Source: the human T2T-CHM13v2.0 reference genome, Homo sapiens. Taken from it: 64,000 bases of DNA. Of this stretch, positions 60,694-64,000 are shown in pieces. The notes beneath the pieces were generated by a model. It saw only the letters and a program-made list of their open reading frames with translations. It made no database searches and was not told where the DNA came from. Each line of letters begins with the position of its first letter. The first letter of the stretch is position 1. A program made the position numbers and the translations under genes. The stretch is taken from the NCBI RefSeq assembly GCF_009914755.1, contig NC_060936.1, one strand, 5' to 3'.

Positions 60694-61283
60694 AGGCCAC
60701 ATTCTTACGAGTTAATTCTTCTAGTCAAGGAATAAAGCTTGACCTTATACTGTCTTAAAACAGATCTTAGTTCAGATTATCTATGGCTGCTTTTGTGCAA
60801 CAATAGCTGGTTTGAGTAGCTGTGACAGAGTCCAAATGGCTCATAAAGCCTAAAATATTTACAATTGGGATCTTTACAGAAAAAGTTTGCAGAACCATAA
60901 CCTAAGAACTAAATAAATAATCCTTGGGTGGCGCTGGCAGATGATATTCCAGGAAAGACACTGAAAAAAACATGCAGTCATCCTTTTATTTCCAAGTTTG
61001 CATAACTTTCTTCAATATGGCCAATCTTGTTTCATCTGTAAACCCATCCCCTCCCTTCCCTTTATTACTTTGAAGCAAATCCAAGACATACATTGGTAAT
61101 ATTTTATCTACAAATATCTGAGTCTATTTGCATTGTATTTTAAGGCATATAATACTTATGATAGCATTTATCTTTTTTGCAAATATGAGAACAACCACAC
61201 TGTTAATTTTCCTTCAAATTCTACGGTGCAATTGGTAGATTGGCCAAATGTTCTCTGACTTGTATTTAAAAATGATAAGAATG

Positions 61284-61552
61284 AGCTGGGTGCGGTGGCT
61301 TACACCTACAATCCCAGCACTTTGGGAGGCTGAGGTGGAAGCCCAGGAGTTTGAGGCCAGCCTGGGCAACATAGCATGACCCTGTCTCTACAGGCATGGT
61401 GGCACATGCGTGTAGTCCCAGCTACTTAGGAAGCTGAGGCAGGAGGATCACTTGAGTCTAGGGATTTGTGGTTGCAGTGAGCCATGTTCGCACCACTGTA
61501 CTCTAGCCTGGGCAAAAGATCAAGACCCTGTCTCAAGAAAAAAAAAAAAAAA
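61284..61552 (+). mobile_element. AluJ-like with internal deletions
   Basis: Alu blocks, linker missing. Confidence 0.88.
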
Positions 61553-62377
61553 TCCCAAAATGAGAAATTTAATTTTTTCACCTAAGACAGTAATAGTGGA
61601 AACTTCACAGTTCTCCAGAAATTTCTCCCAACTTTTTTTTTCACTGACCAAACTCAGTAGGGAGGTAAATATCTAATTCAGAACTGCTGAGACCACTATT
61701 TTCAGGTTTTACAGTTATTTAGTTTAAATCAAAGATGTTTGGTTACTAAGCCTACACTTCCTGTAGTGTTTGAAGGGTGTGAGGTGACTCAGCTTGGGAC
61801 ATTTTGCTGCTGTAACTTCACATTTCTCTCACTTTCATGTCAACCATTCCTATACCCCCATCCACAGTTCTGAATGAGCTCACCTACTTTTACTTTATAG
61901 TGATTAAATTTGCAAATACCAAATTTTAAAAAGAGGATTAAAGAAAAAGCTCAGATTTGTATGGCCCTTTCAGGGAAGGGCTGTCCTTTAGGTCTGCATT
62001 CAGACCTTCCAAAGCCCTGTCCGTGGCCCCACTTGCACCAACAAACTGATCCGACCCAGTCCCCAGAAGACAACCGAGGTGCACACTGCCCCCACCTTGT
62101 GCTCAGTCATACTTGGAATGTGTCGCAGGCAGCCTAATTGAAATCAGTAAAGCAAAAAGGGTTAGCTAGCTGGAGGATCTTGTCAGAAGTGAAAGACAAG
62201 AGACTGAAAATGTAGGGAATATACTGAGTGAGCAGCAGTGTTTTCAGGGTTCTAATGATAGAGAACACAATTAAAAAGGCAGACTAATTGCTAGGAAAGG
62301 TAATTCATTCTTTGGCTTGTCATTTAAAGGAAACAACTGGGATGGCAATAAGTGTGAAGTATTTTGTAGATAGGGAT

Positions 62378-62669
62378 TTTTTTTTGAGACAGGATCTCGC
62401 TCTCTCACCCAGATTGGAGTGCAATGATGCGATCGTGGCTCATTGAAGGCTTGATCTTTCGGGTTCAAATGATCCTTCCACCTCAGTCTCCTGAGTTGTG
62501 GGGACTATAGTTGTGCACCACCACATTTGGCTAAGTTTTGTATTTTTTTTTGTAGGGACTGGGTTTCATCATGTTGCCCAGGCTGGTCTTAAACTCCTGA
62601 GCTCACGTGATCTGCCCACTTTAGCCTCACAGAGATTGGGATTACAGGCATGAGCCACCATGTCCAGCT
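62378..62669 (-). mobile_element. AluJ-like
   Basis: Reverse Alu. Confidence 0.88.
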
Positions 62670-63129
62670 GAGATTTTTAAATGAGAATTTTTAAATATAC
62701 ACACACAATTTGAAAATGGTCTTATTTTCCCTAACACTGTGAAGTTCTTTAGAATCAAAGAGCCATTTGACTGTACCAAAGGTCATAAGTAGTACAACAT
62801 AGGATGGTCTTATCATAAATTTGTGGTTAAATTAGCGACCTTTGTTTTCCCCTTCTAGGCTCATAGCCTCCAAATGGCCATCACTTTCTTGGCTTAGTAA
62901 GGCTCATTACCAGCTGCAAGCAGCAGCAAAAGCATACACGTGAATGTAGGGATTATGAGTTCGTCCCTGCATTACTGCTAAAAAACTGATTCTCCCATTT
63001 CAGTCACCCTACCACATTGCATATGGAAGATTATTTCCCACGTCAGAAGTATATTTTCTCAATGCCATTTTCTCTTTAAAAAATTTACATTTTTAACCAT
63101 TTTACTCCCAAACCCCGAGAGCCAGGTTC

Positions 63130-63605
63130 TCTATACCTTATTATTTGTTCATGGATCTGTGGGCCAGGAATTTGAGCAGGGCTAAGTGGGGATGGTTCTC
63201 TGCTCTATAATGTTTGTGGCCTCAAGCGGAATGACCCAAATAGCTGAGAGCTGGCTAGGCCTCTCTCTCCTTATGTTATCACCTGGAGGGACTCATTTGG
63301 GGCCTCACTCCCAATGTCTGGGCACTGTGGTTCTCTCCCACGTGGCCTCTACTCACTCACTAATCTAGTCTGACATTTACAGGGTGACTGGCTTCCAAGA
63401 GTGAAAAAGCAGGTGCTAGGAGACCTCCAGAGATCTCAGCTCAGAAGTCTCAGAATGTCACTTCTGCATTTTATTAAAGCAAGTCACAAGCCAGACCAGA
63501 CTCAAGGGGTGGGGAAACAAACTCCACCTCTTGATGGGAAAAGGAACACTTGCATACAGACATAGGATGCATTGTTGGCAGCCATTTTGGGAGACAACTG
63601 CCACA
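63130..63605 (-). mobile_element. Old MLT1-type LTR
   Basis: tctgtgggccaggaatttgagcagggc...gcagccattttgggagacaactgccaca. Confidence 0.65.
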
Positions 63606-63898
63606 CCTTTCAAGAGCTAATCACGACAGAATGTTAGAAGACTCCTCCATCTTCCATGGAGAAGAAATGTCCCAATCTCCTGGTATCTAATCCAAGGATG
63701 GATTTTTTCCATTGTTTTCCACTACTGAGTTGGGGAGAAGGAGGCAGCATCAGCATTAGGGTACAAGTGAAGGTGAATAGAGCTGAGGATGTTTCACAAT
63801 AATAGCATTCTAATATGACTGTCTTCCATTCTGTTCTTCCCAAGCTTCCACTTTTAGCTTGCTTTTGTGAATCAAGACCGTGGATCATTCAAAATAGT

Positions 63899-64000
63899 TT
63901 TTTCTTTTTCTTCTTTTTTTTTTTTTTTGAGACAGGGTCTCCCTCTGTCCCCCAGGCTGGAGTGTAGTGGCACAATCACAGCTCACTGCAGCCCCAACCT
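63899..64000 (-). mobile_element. Alu (partial, window edge)
   Basis: poly-T plus gagacagggtctc. Confidence 0.9.

Noticed and set aside
62700-64000. Possible PPM1H 3' end on the minus strand
   Set aside because: Expected nearby from gene order, but nothing in the window identifies it; the region is mostly LTR and Alu.

Overview
Human (primate) genomic DNA, recognisable as the MON2 - let-7i locus (chr12q14.1, from memory of the gene order). 1-13.6 kb holds the last four coding exons of MON2 (+ strand). They splice in frame to a C-terminus ending ...[12 protein letters not shown], followed by a long AT-rich 3'UTR with several poly(A) signals out to about 18.4 kb and possibly about 21.3 kb. A CpG island at about 23.2-24.8 kb carries a symmetric promoter (two divergent YY1 sites), the exact let-7i hairpin (24504-24587, +) and an antisense 131-codon ORF (LINC01465/C12orf61). 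The rest is repeat-rich non-coding DNA: more than 30 Alus, L1/L2/MIR fragments, MaLR LTRs and hAT MITEs. It also contains a second, gene-less CpG island at about 52.4-53.5 kb and an mRNA-3'UTR-like retrocopy nested in an old L1 at about 58.45-59.07 kb. No prokaryotic-type system (CRISPR etc.) is present, and most ORF-track entries are Alu or low-complexity artefacts. The most interesting signals cluster between the MON2 3' end and let-7i: a tandem double-DR5 retinoic-acid-response-like element, let-7 target sites (one an 11-nt match to let-7i/g) confined to the distal MON2 UTR, an inverted-Alu pair that only the long UTR would contain, and a strong-Kozak 80-codon ORF running through the let-7i hairpin. 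Together these suggest an untested local MON2-APA/let-7i regulatory circuit. Repeat boundaries and subfamilies were called by eye and are approximate.
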